Source: a virus. From it: a stretch of 33,365 nt of DNA. The stretch is taken from the IMG/VR virus record IMGVR_UViG_3300045988_083077. One strand, written 5' to 3'. Below are positions 1 through 7,194 of the stretch, one piece after another; position 1 is the stretch's first letter, and each line of letters starts with the position of its first letter. The position numbers were made by a program, and so were the translations under genes. Below the pieces are notes generated by a model. It saw only the letters and a list, made by a program, of their open reading frames with translations, had not been told where the DNA came from and searched no databases.

Positions 1-55
1 TTTTTATAGTGGTGCGCCATGAGGGGCTCGAACCCCCAACCTACTGATTCGTAGT
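1..55. repeat. attL core direct repeat; bases 10..55 are a displaced 3-prime tRNA fragment on the minus strand, not an intact tRNA
   Basis: Exact 55/55 match to 33311..33365. The reverse complement of 10..55 reads anticodon loop, T arm, acceptor strand and CCA. Identity to a tRNA fold is lost at base 56, where the anticodon stem should continue. Confidence 0.9.
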
Positions 56-107
56 ATTTAAATAAATGGCTATTTATAAAGGTTTTTAGCGATTTAAACG
101 CATAGGG

Positions 108-1145
108 TCACACATCTGCAAGAATACGAGCTGCTTTTTCTAAATCGCTCATGTCGATGTGAGTGTAAATATTGGCAGTCATTCGTATGTCTGTATGGCC
201 CATCAGCTTTTGAGCTGTCCTGATATCAATCCCCTTTTTTGCAAGATTGGTGCAATATGTATGTCGCAGACAATACTGAACAATATCGCTTGCGAGTGGA
301 TAAGGAGGTATGGGTTTGTTCCGATAGACCTCGCATCCCATTGCAATGTTAATCTTATTCTTAAAAACTTCCCATGTTATTTGTCGGTAATTAACCTTAA
401 CCATCTTGTTTGTTCTAGTGTGGCATATATAATCATCAGCCTTTGTATCCTTGAATAAATCGTATAGCCATTGAGGAAGAGGAACGACACGATCGGCACT
501 TGCCGTTTTAGTCCCGCGAACATGTAGATAGTAGAATCTATCACGGACAATGATATCATTACCTTTGCAGTTATATGCCTCGCTTGGCCGACATCCACAA
601 TATAACATCATTAAGTACGCATAAAACTTGGTATCAGTCAAAGCGACTTTAGTAAAGTACTGCTGCTCTTCTTCCGTCAATGCTCTGCGCTTGAGTTTAA
701 AACCTGCAGGCTTTTCCAGGAACTCGGCAGGGTTGCTATTGATTAAGCCTTCCTGCACAGCTTTACCAAATATAAAGTTCATTGCTTGGTGAACCTTTGC
801 AATCTGTGATGATGACCTCCCGCGCTGACTATTGAGTACTTGCTGACAATGGAGTGGCTTGATAGATTTAAGCGAATACGATCCGATGATAGGGTCAATA
901 TTTGATTGGACGAGGTAAACAAAATTACGCTTAGTACGGTCAGAGCATTTTGTTTTATATGTTTCAATGCAGGTTTTAGACCAGGAAGTAAAGGACATAG
1001 ACGACTCTATGTACACATGACCCTTTTCCAATTCAAGTTTCCTGCGCTCCGCCTTTTGATACAACTCACGCTCGGTATCCGCGTATATTTGATAACGCTT
1101 TCCATCGAATGTAAACGAAGTCCTGAATTTATACTTCTTAGGCAT
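108..1145 (-). CDS. int: Phage tyrosine integrase (site-specific recombinase)
   Basis: 345-aa ORF. The C-terminal catalytic region LRHTYCTNLAKKGIDIRTAQKLMGHTDIRMTANIYTH shows H-x-x-R, H and Y. An upstream Arg box is present (CGCRPSEA). The gene lies directly beside the att repeat. Confidence 0.95.
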   Translation of the reverse strand: MPKKYKFRTSFTFDGKRYQIYADTERELYQKAERRKLELEKGHVYIESSMSFTSWSKTCIETYKTKCSDRTKRNFVYLVQSNIDPIIGSYSLKSIKPLHCQQVLNSQRGRSSSQIAKVHQAMNFIFGKAVQEGLINSNPAEFLEKPAGFKLKRRALTEEEQQYFTKVALTDTKFYAYLMMLYCGCRPSEAYNCKGNDIIVRDRFYYLHVRGTKTASADRVVPLPQWLYDLFKDTKADDYICHTRTNKMVKVNYRQITWEVFKNKINIAMGCEVYRNKPIPPYPLASDIVQYCLRHTYCTNLAKKGIDIRTAQKLMGHTDIRMTANIYTHIDMSDLEKAARILADV

Positions 1146-1244
1146 GATACACCTTTACTTTCTATAATATATTTTTGAGCAAAATCTTAATTAAAGAATT
1201 TTATAATTAATACTTTGAGCAAATTTTTAATTAAAAAATATTGA

Positions 1245-1267
1245 CCTGTTTCCATTTTGGAAACAGG
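1245..1267 (-). terminator. Hairpin terminator between the nuclease-like gene and the integrase gene
   Basis: Perfect 9-bp stem cctgtttcc / ggaaacagg with a 5-nt loop. On the minus strand an A/T-rich stretch with a T run follows a few bases later. Confidence 0.6.
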
Positions 1268-1291
1268 TGTGTCGTGAATGTGTTGTTATAA

Positions 1292-2041
1292 TTATGTAAC
1301 TTTCTTTTTAATAGCTTTTGATATTTTGCGTCTATACTCGGATGACTTTTCATCTTCTAGAGCATCTCGTTTGAGGACATCAGATACTAGCATCTGATAT
1401 ATCTCTTCGTTGGTCACCTTTGTATCAGCGGACACCTTTTTAAAGGTTCTTTTTATATAATTAATAACATCATCGGAAAGAATTATTTGAGCCAACATTG
1501 GAGGATTAACTAGTTTCTTTTGCACATGGTATTCGGTGAGCGAATTTCCATTTTTGCCGAGGGCTTCTTTAGAGAGCATGTATAGATAGCGAAGATGTTC
1601 GTTGTCAGTAGCTTTCAAATCATGAATATTGAACTCATATACAAGTTCATTATCTACAGGTTTACTAAAGATTATCCGATACACCTTCCATGTTTCTCCA
1701 TTAGTTAGCACAACCCAATCAATGCCAGCATTTGAACCATAATCGGTGGCCTGCTTAAGGTGATTATATTTTAAGTTAGTACCTATTGATTTGACCTCTA
1801 TTAGGAGTTTTACTTCTTCATTTAATCTTATTGCTAAATCACAAAAAGTCTTTTTTATAGCAAATTCAGATGTTATATCGTCATATTTGTCGTAACCAAA
1901 AATATCTGAAAGCATATCAACGATAATTGTGACAGTGTCACTTTCGTTCAGATCTTGCTTCTCTGCTTTAGTCAAAATGGGTTTGTACTTTTTTAACCCA
2001 TCTGCAAATCTTGATTTTACTTTAACTGGAACTGTTGCCAT
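1292..2041 (-). CDS. Stand-alone PD-(D/E)xK nuclease-fold protein resembling the type I restriction enzyme HsdR N-terminal domain (HSDR_N-like)
   Basis: 249-aa ORF. NESDTVTIIVDML...CDLAI...LLIEVKS...WVVLTNG matches the HSDR_N pattern, with D68 and E82-x-K84 as the nuclease-type core. It starts 3 nt after the repressor stop, so it is probably co-transcribed. Local G+C is low. Confidence 0.6.
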   Translation of the reverse strand: MATVPVKVKSRFADGLKKYKPILTKAEKQDLNESDTVTIIVDMLSDIFGYDKYDDITSEFAIKKTFCDLAIRLNEEVKLLIEVKSIGTNLKYNHLKQATDYGSNAGIDWVVLTNGETWKVYRIIFSKPVDNELVYEFNIHDLKATDNEHLRYLYMLSKEALGKNGNSLTEYHVQKKLVNPPMLAQIILSDDVINYIKRTFKKVSADTKVTNEEIYQMLVSDVLKRDALEDEKSSEYRRKISKAIKKKVT

Positions 2042-2043
2042 AA

Positions 2044-2490
2044 CTACCTCCTACTCAATATAAATTCCGTATATCGCAAAACATCGGCTATTTGTTCATC
2101 ACTCATAGATCTAAGATTATCCATGATGGCAAAGAATGAATCTTTATTTTGAGAAACACCTGCAGAGGAAGTAGACGAATCGTCGCAGTGGTCACAGGTG
2201 TTTGTTTTATGATTATTGTTATATAAATATTTGTTGTATGAACCACTGTCATTTAATAAAAATCCATCATTAATTAAATTCTGTTTAATATCCCATCCCA
2301 TTAAGTGGCTTGGTGTTGTTTTTAGGGCCTCTGCAAATTTTATGATTCGTGATTGTGTCATATCAACCATGCCGTTTTCAATCTTTGAAATCATTGTTTT
2401 ATCAGAATATCCGAGTTTAGCTGCGAGCTCGCTTTGTGTCAGTCCAAGTTGTAAGCGTCTATCCTTTATATTTTTATAAAGATCTAACAT
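2044..2490 (-). CDS. XRE-family HTH lysogeny repressor (cI-like), with no obvious S24 peptidase domain
   Basis: 148-aa ORF. The N-terminal RLQLGLTQSELAAKLGYSDKTMISKIENG is a classic XRE HTH. The gene is transcribed divergently from the early operon. Confidence 0.85.
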   Translation of the reverse strand: MLDLYKNIKDRRLQLGLTQSELAAKLGYSDKTMISKIENGMVDMTQSRIIKFAEALKTTPSHLMGWDIKQNLINDGFLLNDSGSYNKYLYNNNHKTNTCDHCDDSSTSSAGVSQNKDSFFAIMDNLRSMSDEQIADVLRYTEFILSRR

Positions 2491-2515
2491 ATTGAACCTC
2501 CTTTGAATTAGCTAT

Positions 2516-2544
2516 ATTATAATGGCTATTTATAAATAATTCAA
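2516..2544 (-). promoter_or_regulatory. Sigma-70-type promoter for the repressor operon
   Basis: The minus strand reads TTGAAT (2544..2539), a 17-nt spacer, then TATAAT (2521..2516), upstream of the repressor start at 2490. Confidence 0.65.
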
Positions 2545-2561
2545 CAAAATTGCATAAATAG

Positions 2562-2590
2562 TTGACACAACAAGCAACGAATGTTATAGT
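2562..2590 (+). promoter_or_regulatory. Sigma-70-type early (lytic) promoter
   Basis: TTGACA (2562..2567), a 17-nt spacer, then TATAGT (2585..2590), upstream of the Cro-like gene at 2623. Confidence 0.7.
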
Positions 2591-2605
2591 TGAATTAAAT
2601 TCAAC
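2589..2605. promoter_or_regulatory. Palindromic operator GTTGAATT-a-AATTCAAC overlapping the -10 of the early promoter
   Basis: Perfect 8-bp inverted arms around one central base. Related elements: right half-site AATTCAAC at 2538..2545, left half-site TTGAATTA at 2503..2510, and a 15/17 copy at 2829..2845. Confidence 0.65.
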
Positions 2606-2622
2606 AGAAAGAAGGGTTAACT

Positions 2623-2826
2623 ATGACTAATTTTAAATTACTACAAAAAGCAATAGACAGAAGTGGGATGACAATAACGACAATTGCTTATCGTTCAGGC
2701 ATACTAAGACCGACGCTATATAACAAACTTGCAGGTAAATGCGAATTCAAAGCGAGTGAAATTGTAAGCCTAACTGCATGTCTACACCTAACAAAAGATG
2801 AGCGAGATCAAATTTTTTTAAGCTAA
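2623..2826 (+). CDS. Small Cro-like or antirepressor-like HTH regulator
   Basis: 67-aa ORF with an RBS (gaagg). It is the first gene of the rightward operon opposite the repressor. The GMTITTIAYRSGILRPTLYNKLAG segment is HTH-like. Confidence 0.6.
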   Translation: MTNFKLLQKAIDRSGMTITTIAYRSGILRPTLYNKLAGKCEFKASEIVSLTACLHLTKDERDQIFLS

Positions 2827-2871
2827 ATGTTGAATAAAATGCAACTTTTAGATAAAAAGAGAGGGTGAATT

Positions 2872-3084
2872 ATGACAAAAACACAAATAGAAAAATGGCT
2901 CTCAAATGGAGTAAAGGGGAAGATGGTTATATCTGCAGAAAAAGTTGCGTTCTTAATGACTATGCGTAAAGAAGATGCGACAGAGCTATGTGAAGGGTGC
3001 AACTATGACAAGAGGAAAGGCAAGCGCAAATACTACTACATAGAGGATGTAGCTGAGAAACTCGCAGCAAGGAGAGGAATATAG
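2872..3084 (+). CDS. Hypothetical small protein, possibly an excisionase-like DNA-binding protein
   Basis: 70-aa ORF with a good RBS (agagggtg). Position after the cro-like gene and the basic KRKGKRKYYYIEDVAEKL tail suggest an Xis-like role. No firm motif was seen. Confidence 0.3.
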   Translation: MTKTQIEKWLSNGVKGKMVISAEKVAFLMTMRKEDATELCEGCNYDKRKGKRKYYYIEDVAEKLAARRGI

Positions 3085-3093
3085 GAGGACAGA

Positions 3094-3576
3094 ATGAAAA
3101 AGGTAATATATTTTGTTTTGACAATATCGCTAGTACTCGGATTGAACGCAATTGCGACAGCGATAGAGTTTCCAGGCATTAACGATAAGACGGAATTAAA
3201 AGATCCAGTTACGGTCGCAGAGCTAGAGAATGAGAATCACATCGAGCACACATCAAGGCAGTACGGATTAGATTCAAGAATTGTAAAAGCACTCATTGAA
3301 GAAGAGAGTGGATGGCTCGAAACAGCCGAAGGTGATGGAGGGAACTCAATCGGTCTAATGCAAATCCAGGAACGATGGCACAAGGATAGAATGCAAAGAC
3401 TAGGCGTGACCGACTTATACGATCCCAAACAAAATGTAAAAGTAGGTTGTGACATACTAGCTGAATTACTTGGCAAGTATGGGACCTATAAAGACGCACT
3501 GAGCGTCTACAACAGCGGTAATACCAAAGATGGAAAGCAATATGCGGAAAGGATTATGAAGAATGCAGGATTATAA
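3094..3576 (+). CDS. Secreted lytic transglycosylase (SLT domain) with an N-terminal signal peptide or membrane anchor
   Basis: 160-aa ORF. The hydrophobic N-terminus is MKKVIYFVLTISLVLGLNAIATA. SLT motifs are ALIEEESGW (catalytic Glu), GLMQI and YNSG. RBS is aggagg. Confidence 0.8.
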   Translation: MKKVIYFVLTISLVLGLNAIATAIEFPGINDKTELKDPVTVAELENENHIEHTSRQYGLDSRIVKALIEEESGWLETAEGDGGNSIGLMQIQERWHKDRMQRLGVTDLYDPKQNVKVGCDILAELLGKYGTYKDALSVYNSGNTKDGKQYAERIMKNAGL

Positions 3577-3934
3577 AGATTACGAGGGCAGGTGCAAATA
3601 CTGTGGTCACACAGAACTCATCTTGTCGGAATCTCAAGAACAAGCAGACGAGCATGTATCAAGGAAATGTTTATGCGAAGGAAGAGAAATCGAAGAACGC
3701 AGGAACAAATTAAACCAGGCAATCACAGAAATCACCAAAGCAGATGAGTACCTTAATCTCAGAGAGCTAGACGAAAACACGAAAGATCTAGTTCACGGAA
3801 TAGGAGAGATGGTACTCGACGAAAAAATCGAAAAGGCAAGCATCACTGTGCAGGGTAGCACAATCACCATCAAAGGTGGTTCGAAAATAAGAGTTTTGCG
3901 AAACGCAAAGACCACCGCACTAAAGGAAATTTAA
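3563..3934 (+). CDS. Hypothetical protein with an N-terminal CxxC motif
   Basis: 123-aa ORF overlapping the preceding gene end. CKYCGH plus CLC suggests a small zinc-binding element. Confidence 0.6.
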   Translation: MQDYKDYEGRCKYCGHTELILSESQEQADEHVSRKCLCEGREIEERRNKLNQAITEITKADEYLNLRELDENTKDLVHGIGEMVLDEKIEKASITVQGSTITIKGGSKIRVLRNAKTTALKEI

Positions 3935-4026
3935 CAAAGCTATCAATTGCCTCGTGGTTTTCAAATATTTTTCAAAAGGGGTTAGATATAAAACGACCGC
4001 GAGGCATTGATCATAAAGGAGTATTT

Positions 4027-4194
4027 ATGTACAGATTAAAAGTCACATTTCAAATTGAGCTGCCTGACGAGATAGCGACATCACCTGCAGAGTTAATTGA
4101 GATGTTTCACAACAACGAGTTCGTTTTAACAAAAGAGGATATTGTAGATGTGTCCGCAGTAAAAATCGAAAAGGAGAGAAGTGATTATGAGTGA
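4027..4194 (+). CDS. Small hypothetical protein (55 aa), below the ORF-track length cut-off
   Basis: Translated by hand: MYRLKVTFQIELPDEIATSPAELIEMFHNNEFVLTKEDIVDVSAVKIEKERSDYE. A strong RBS (aaaggag) lies 6 nt upstream. The ORF fills an otherwise empty gap and overlaps the next gene start. Confidence 0.55.
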   Translation: MYRLKVTFQIELPDEIATSPAELIEMFHNNEFVLTKEDIVDVSAVKIEKERSDYE

Positions 4195-4564
4195 TTTTAA
4201 AGGAGCACTTTTTCCAAAGCCGAAACGCAAAAAGAGAAAAAGGCTGATGAATGGCTACAAAGACAAAGCTGAGCGCGTTTGTAAGTATTGTGGCAGACCT
4301 TATGCAGAAAGGCATGAACTGTTTTATGGGCCACTAAGACAGACAAGCATTGAATTTGGATTTCAAATCGATGTGTGTCCTGAGCATCATAGATGGTTGC
4401 ATAGCGCAGAACCATCAGGAGTTGAAGAGCGCGACAGACTGCGTGCTGAAACTGAGAGAAAGTACATCGAGGATTTGATGACGGATGGATGTACTTTGGA
4501 AGAGGCGGTCGAAGCATGGATGCAGATCATTGGCAAGAACTATTGTGAGGAAATTAATCCATGA
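4187..4564 (+). CDS. Hypothetical zinc-binding, HNH-like protein of NinG/DUF968 type
   Basis: ATG at 4187 is preferred over GTG at 4181. A basic N-terminus (KPKRKKRKR) is followed by CKYCG...RHELFYG...VCPEHHRWLH, resembling small phage NinG/HNH-like proteins. The Cys pattern is partly degenerate. Confidence 0.4.
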   Translation: MSDFKGALFPKPKRKKRKRLMNGYKDKAERVCKYCGRPYAERHELFYGPLRQTSIEFGFQIDVCPEHHRWLHSAEPSGVEERDRLRAETERKYIEDLMTDGCTLEEAVEAWMQIIGKNYCEEINP

Positions 4565-4788
4565 ATTGCCCACTCTGCGGAATAAGTCATATGGAACAAA
4601 ATGTGTGGAGACAATGTCCGAAAGAACAAGAAACTGTATGTACAAGGTGTTGCAGGAAATGTGATCAATATAACGAAAGCATGCACAGATGTATGTACCA
4701 TTCGCATATGTCGACTTTTATAAAAGACAACAGAGACAATCCACACGAAATAGCACAAAGGATAATAAGGAATCTAAGAAATGAATAG
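4561..4788 (+). CDS. Cysteine-rich hypothetical protein
   Basis: 75-aa ORF with an ATGA overlap to the upstream gene. Multiple CxxC-type pairs are present (CPLCG, CTRCCRKC). Confidence 0.6.
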   Translation: MNCPLCGISHMEQNVWRQCPKEQETVCTRCCRKCDQYNESMHRCMYHSHMSTFIKDNRDNPHEIAQRIIRNLRNE

Positions 4789-5188
4789 TGTACACCTAAT
4801 AGGAAGGCTAACAAGAGACCCTGAGCTGAGATACACCACATCACAGATGGCAGTGGCAACATTCAGCATGGCAATAGATAGGCCTACTCGTGCCGATCGA
4901 GAGAAAGAGACGGACTTTCCACGTGTAACTGTATTTGGTAAGCAGGCAGAAAACTGCGAGAAATACTTAGCGAAAGGAATGATGGTTGCGATCCAGGGAA
5001 GACTGCAAACAGGCAGCTATACAAAGAAGAATGGCGACAAGGTATTCACCACTGATGTTGTTGCAGAGAGAGTCGAATTCATCGAGTGGAAAGATGCAAA
5101 ACAAAGCAATGGTACTGCAAAGGCAACATTTAATGACGATGATATTCCTGATGGATTCGAGCAGCTAAATGAAGATGTGCCATTTTAG
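4781..5188 (+). CDS. ssb: Single-stranded DNA-binding protein
   Basis: 135-aa ORF. The OB-fold signature is NSVHLIGRLTRDPELRYT...VTVFGKQAENCEKYLAKGMMVAIQGRLQT, with an acidic C-terminal tip DDDIPDGFEQLNEDVPF. Confidence 0.95.
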   Translation: MNSVHLIGRLTRDPELRYTTSQMAVATFSMAIDRPTRADREKETDFPRVTVFGKQAENCEKYLAKGMMVAIQGRLQTGSYTKKNGDKVFTTDVVAERVEFIEWKDAKQSNGTAKATFNDDDIPDGFEQLNEDVPF

Positions 5189-5199
5189 GAGGAATATTG

Positions 5200-5643
5200 A
5201 TGATAAAGAACAGCAAACTCTATGTCTACATTGAGTACGAGGAAACTGCAAAAGGAATCATAGTTCGAAATCATCACGATGGAGTTTCGATGCTAATAAG
5301 TAAGAAGAACACAGATCAAGAAATAAGGCAGTTCAAACAAGAAATCATAGATGACATAGTCGAACTTATGTCAAATGTCCACATTAAAGAATGCAAGGTA
5401 TGTCACAAAAAATACTACACACAGTATATGCAGCAACGCAACTGCTCAAAGAAATGTAGCGAAGAGGCACAAAGAGAAAGCGTACGCAGATGCTATCAGG
5501 CAACAAAAGAAAAGGAAAACATCGGAACGGCCTCAAACAATGAGAATCTCGACAGAGAAATAGCGGCCGCAGACGCAGAAGGCATTTCGTACGGAAAGCG
5601 AAAGGCACGCGAATTTGCGAAGACAGTAAGGGTAGAAATATGA
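5200..5643 (+). CDS. Hypothetical protein with a zinc-ribbon-like motif
   Basis: ATG at 5200 lies 7 nt after AGGAGG; the track start at 5197 is TTG. CKVCHKK...CSKKC is present. Confidence 0.65.
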   Translation: MIKNSKLYVYIEYEETAKGIIVRNHHDGVSMLISKKNTDQEIRQFKQEIIDDIVELMSNVHIKECKVCHKKYYTQYMQQRNCSKKCSEEAQRESVRRCYQATKEKENIGTASNNENLDREIAAADAEGISYGKRKAREFAKTVRVEI

Positions 5644-7194
5644 AATTCATTGATTTTTTTAGCGGTGTGGGGGGGTTCACGCATGGGATGGAACTTGCAG
5701 GACACGAGTGTATTGGTCACTGTGAGTTTGACAAGTATGCAGAAGCAAGCTATCGCTCAATGCACACTATCACAGAGGGTCAACGAGAATACTTGCTTAC
5801 CTTACCGCTCAGACAAAGACAGAAGGAGATTTTAAAGGATGAGTATCTTAATGGAGAATGGTACGCAAATGATGTTCGAAGAGTTATCGCAGACGACATA
5901 CCACGAGCAGAATGTTGGTGTTTTGGATTTCCCTGCCAGGACATTAGCATCGCAGGACACCAACACGGATTTAAAGGAAATCGCTCAAGCCTATTTTTTA
6001 GAATTACAAACCTTATTGAACAGCTCAAAGAGGAAGATAGACCCGACACCCTTTTCATTGAAAATGTTAAGAATCTACTTTCTGTTAATCGAGGACTCGA
6101 CTTCGCAAGACTTCTCGTTGAGTTGGACAAAATTGGGTACGATGCGGAGTGGGAAGTTATCAACTCGAAACACCATGGCGTCCCACAAAACCGCGAAAGA
6201 GTGTTTATTGTTGGACATCTTAGAGGAGCAGGTAGACGGGAAGTATTTCCTATCGAGAAAGCAGGCGGAGAAAATTGTATTAAGCAAATAGGTCTTATAG
6301 GGGGGGGTGAAACGAGATAATCCCAATCGTTACAGAGTTTACGATCGTGAGGGAATTGCTCCCTGCCTAACAAAATGTGGAGGTGGAGGCCTAGAGGCAT
6401 ATATAACACAACCATTTGGGGTTGTAAAGACAAGCAGCAAGCTGCAAGAACTCGAAATTGCAAACTGCTTGACAGCGAATGAGGATCGAGGGGTGTCAAA
6501 GCAAGGCCCATCAGGAACTGCAGTTGCTATACCACTAGCATTTTCAGAGCAGTTTGGTATAGACAAGTCATCAAAGGCACCTCAGAAAATAGACATAGCA
6601 AATTGTCTGCTTGCAAGGGAAGACAGCGGAGTAAAAACACACTCTGCAGAGGGAACAGCAATAGCAATTCCAGTCCTAACGCCTGAGCGAGAAAACAAGC
6701 GACAGAATGGACGAAGAATGAAAGAAGATGGCGAACCCTCTTTTACACTAACAGCACAAGACAGACATGGCGTTGCAATATCCGTGCAACCAAATGATAA
6801 AAGTGGGGTGGATGAAATCAAAATAAAGGAAGCTACAAAAAAAGGATATGCTCTTGCAGACAAGGGAGATAGCGTCAACCTCGCAGTACCAAATAGCACA
6901 ACAAGACGAGGAAGAGTAGGCGACAAAGTCGCGCAGACACTAGATACATCTTGCAATCAAGGAGTTGTAGTAGAGCTATACGATGACTGCAGTGTGTGGG
7001 CAACATGGAGCGAAAAATATAACTGCTATCTTGCAATAAGAAAACTAACACCACGCGAGTGCTTTAGATTGCAAGGTTGGGAGGACGAATATTTTGAAAG
7101 GGCAGAACAGCTAAACTCAAACAATCAACTATACAAGCAGGCAGGTAACGGAGTGACAGTTAATGTAATAAAACACATAGCAGAGAGGATGTAA
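5640..7194 (+). pseudogene. DNA (cytosine-5)-methyltransferase split into two ORFs (5640..6320 and 6307..7194) by a +1 frame offset at a G8 tract; either phase-OFF or a pseudogene
   Basis: The first ORF carries motif I FSGVGGF, motif IV GFPCQDIS, motif VI ENVKNL and motif VIII QNRERVFIVG. The second carries RKLTPRECFRLQGW and the motif X-like QAGNGVTVNV. Removing one G from 6300..6307 gives a continuous frame reading ...QIGLIGGVKRDNPNRYRVYDREGIAPCLT... Confidence 0.9.
6300..6307 (+). repeat. G8 homopolymer at the junction of the two C5-methyltransferase ORFs
   Basis: Counted directly: g at 6300 plus ggggggg at 6301..6307, followed by t. Confidence 0.95.

Noticed and set aside
1-9. Possibility that the att repeat is longer than 55 bp.
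   Set aside because: This cannot be evaluated. The window begins and ends exactly at the repeat boundaries, so extension to the left of attL and to the right of attR is not visible.
5780-6511. 243-aa ORF on the minus strand overlapping the C5 methyltransferase.
   Set aside because: It lies entirely antisense to a gene with clear methyltransferase motifs. Its composition is Ser/Leu/Pro/Cys-rich and typical of shadow frames, and no RBS was seen. It is treated as a non-coding shadow ORF. The same applies to the other antisense track ORFs, such as 13099..13797, 22270..22665 and 27137..27607.
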